From positions 3,104,001 to 3,168,000 of the forward strand of contig OY829846.1 in NCBI GenBank assembly GCA_963691875.1: a stretch of DNA of 64,000 nt, given 5' to 3'. The notes below the pieces were generated by a model. The model searched no databases. It saw nothing but the letters and a program-made list of their open reading frames with translations, and was not told the origin of the DNA. The translations under genes and the position numbers were made by a program. Positions 62,587 through 64,000 of this stretch are shown here, piece after piece. Numbering within the stretch: the stretch's first letter is position 1; each line of letters starts with the position of its first letter. Source of the DNA: Aureliella sp. GTDB lineage: Bacteria; Planctomycetota; Planctomycetia; Pirellulales; Pirellulaceae.

Positions 62587-64000
62587 GCAATGAAATGAAG
62601 GAACGGTCAAGTCATGGCTGGCGGCACAGCCCTCAGTCCGCATTTGGCTATTCCAAGTCGGTATGGCCGAATGAAGACGAACACAAACCTGCCGTTCGGA
62701 AAGAGACGATTGAGATCGGCGGCATTGAACTCGCTGATCTTCACCTCGCACTGAGTCAGCTGTTTACACAGGCTAAGAGTCGCGAGGATATGCTGGCTGG
62801 CCTGTGTCATATCGTTGGACAGCAGAACAAAAATGGCACTGTTTGGTTATTCTCAAAGGAAGAGACAGACTGGCGAATCGTAAGCCCTCAATACTGCACG
62901 CCCATCTCGAATGGCTCTGACTGGGCGAGGGAGAATCAGCAAGCGCTCGAACGGGCCCATCGTAGTGGCCAAATCCAGATCGAAGTCAGCTCTGGCCAAC
63001 AATGGCTGCTCACTCCGCTTACGATCGAGATGAATCAGCCTACGGTTCTAGTAGTCGTTGCAAGAGAGAACGAGACAGCATCACTCTTACCGGTGCTAGA
63101 CACTGCTCATCAATATGCTAAGTGCTGGAGCGGGGAGCAAACGGCTACCGAAAGCGACTGGAAACTTCAAACCCTAGCTGCCTTGATCGAACTGGTCTCC
63201 CGGATCGAATCACAAGCCAACTTGCAGTCCGCCTGTGATGTCGCCGCACATGCGCTGACAAGACATCTGAGCTGTGACTTCGCAGCCGTGGCGACCATAG
63301 AACGGTTGCGAATTCTCGTGCGTACCGTTTCGGGCGTGAGTCGATTTGACCAGAACTCTGGTGTTGCGCGCAGTCTAAAAACAGCCTTGAGCGAAACTGC
63401 GATTCGCAAAGAGCTAACGGTCTGGCAGACTGCAAGCAAGTCTTGCGATAACCCTTCCCTTGGGCACCGACAGCTCGCTGCAGAATTGGACGTAGATTCG
63501 GTGACTTCTATTCCGCTCACGAACAACCACGGGCAGTGCATCGGTTACTTACTTCTGGCCGGAGTAGCCACCAAAGAACAAGATCGCCTAAATCGCTTTC
63601 TGAAAGCTGCCGAGTCCCGCATCGGCTCCGCCCTTCAAGTTGTCCGAAAAGCCCAAGGCTCGCTGCTAGGACGTTGGCTTAAAAATGGTGTTCGCTTTCT
63701 TGGCTCTGTTCGGGCTGCAATTGCTGTCGCCGTACTCGTTGGGATCGCAGCGCTACTTTGTTACCCGACGGCTTATCGAATTCGATGTGGCTGTCGAGTC
63801 GAAACTGCTAAGCGTCGCTTTGTCGTCGCACCTTTTGCAGGCACGATTCATCAAGCCTTGGTAGCACCCGGTGAAACTGTAGAGGCTGGGCAGTTGCTCG
63901 CAGTGATGGACGATCAATCTATTCGTTATGAGCTCGTTAGCATTCAAGCAGAACGCAAACAAGCACTCAAGAAACGCGACATCCAACTCGCCGAACGGCT
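62583..64000 (+). CDS. GAF-containing HlyD-family membrane fusion protein (3' truncated by window; absent from the ORF track)
   Basis: GTG 62583 overlaps the previous TGA and the frame appears open to the window end. GAF-like region (VSGVSRFD...SIPL...IGYLLL), a TM helix, then RRFVVAPFAGTIHQALVAPGETVEAGQLL lipoyl motif. Confidence 0.8.
   Translation, partial: MSNEMKERSSHGWRHSPQSAFGYSKSVWPNEDEHKPAVRKETIEIGGIELADLHLALSQLFTQAKSREDMLAGLCHIVGQQNKNGTVWLFSKEETDWRIVSPQYCTPISNGSDWARENQQALERAHRSGQIQIEVSSGQQWLLTPLTIEMNQPTVLVVVARENETASLLPVLDTAHQYAKCWSGEQTATESDWKLQTLAALIELVSRIESQANLQSACDVAAHALTRHLSCDFAAVATIERLRILVRTVSGVSRFDQNSGVARSLKTALSETAIRKELTVWQTASKSCDNPSLGHRQLAAELDVDSVTSIPLTNNHGQCIGYLLLAGVATKEQDRLNRFLKAAESRIGSALQVVRKAQGSLLGRWLKNGVRFLGSVRAAIAVAVLVGIAALLCYPTAYRIRCGCRVETAKRRFVVAPFAGTIHQALVAPGETVEAGQLLAVMDDQSIRYELVSIQAERKQALKKRDIQLAER

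Overview
A 64 kb chromosomal segment of a planctomycete, probably Pirellulaceae-like. This is inferred from two DUF1501 genes, a PSD1/DUF1553 cytochrome-c protein, a DUF1559 prepilin, a YTV-repeat protein and sulfatases. Housekeeping and metabolic genes (def, uvrB, rph, an SDR, an aldehyde dehydrogenase, a lactonase, two sulfatases) alternate with signalling and envelope modules. These modules are: a Ser/Thr kinase fused to a degenerate Hsp70; comEA-uvrB followed by three GspF/PilC-like genes and four pilin-like genes; a PspA-like/FHA/Ser-Thr kinase/membrane protein/ECF sigma cluster; a symmetric YTV protein; a CheY-less chemosensory cluster (MCP-cheD-cheV-cheB-cheW-cheR-cheA); an LpoB-like/COG3014 lipoprotein pair; and a short secondary SecA followed by two membrane fusion protein genes, the second running off the window. 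In the chemosensory cluster both cheA and the Aer2-like receptor carry a single in-frame TGA. Several decayed genes are visible (DUF3052/AddA-like scar, DUF1579, ComFB). I saw no rRNA, tRNA, CRISPR array or IS element. All family calls come from motif recognition by eye, not database searches.
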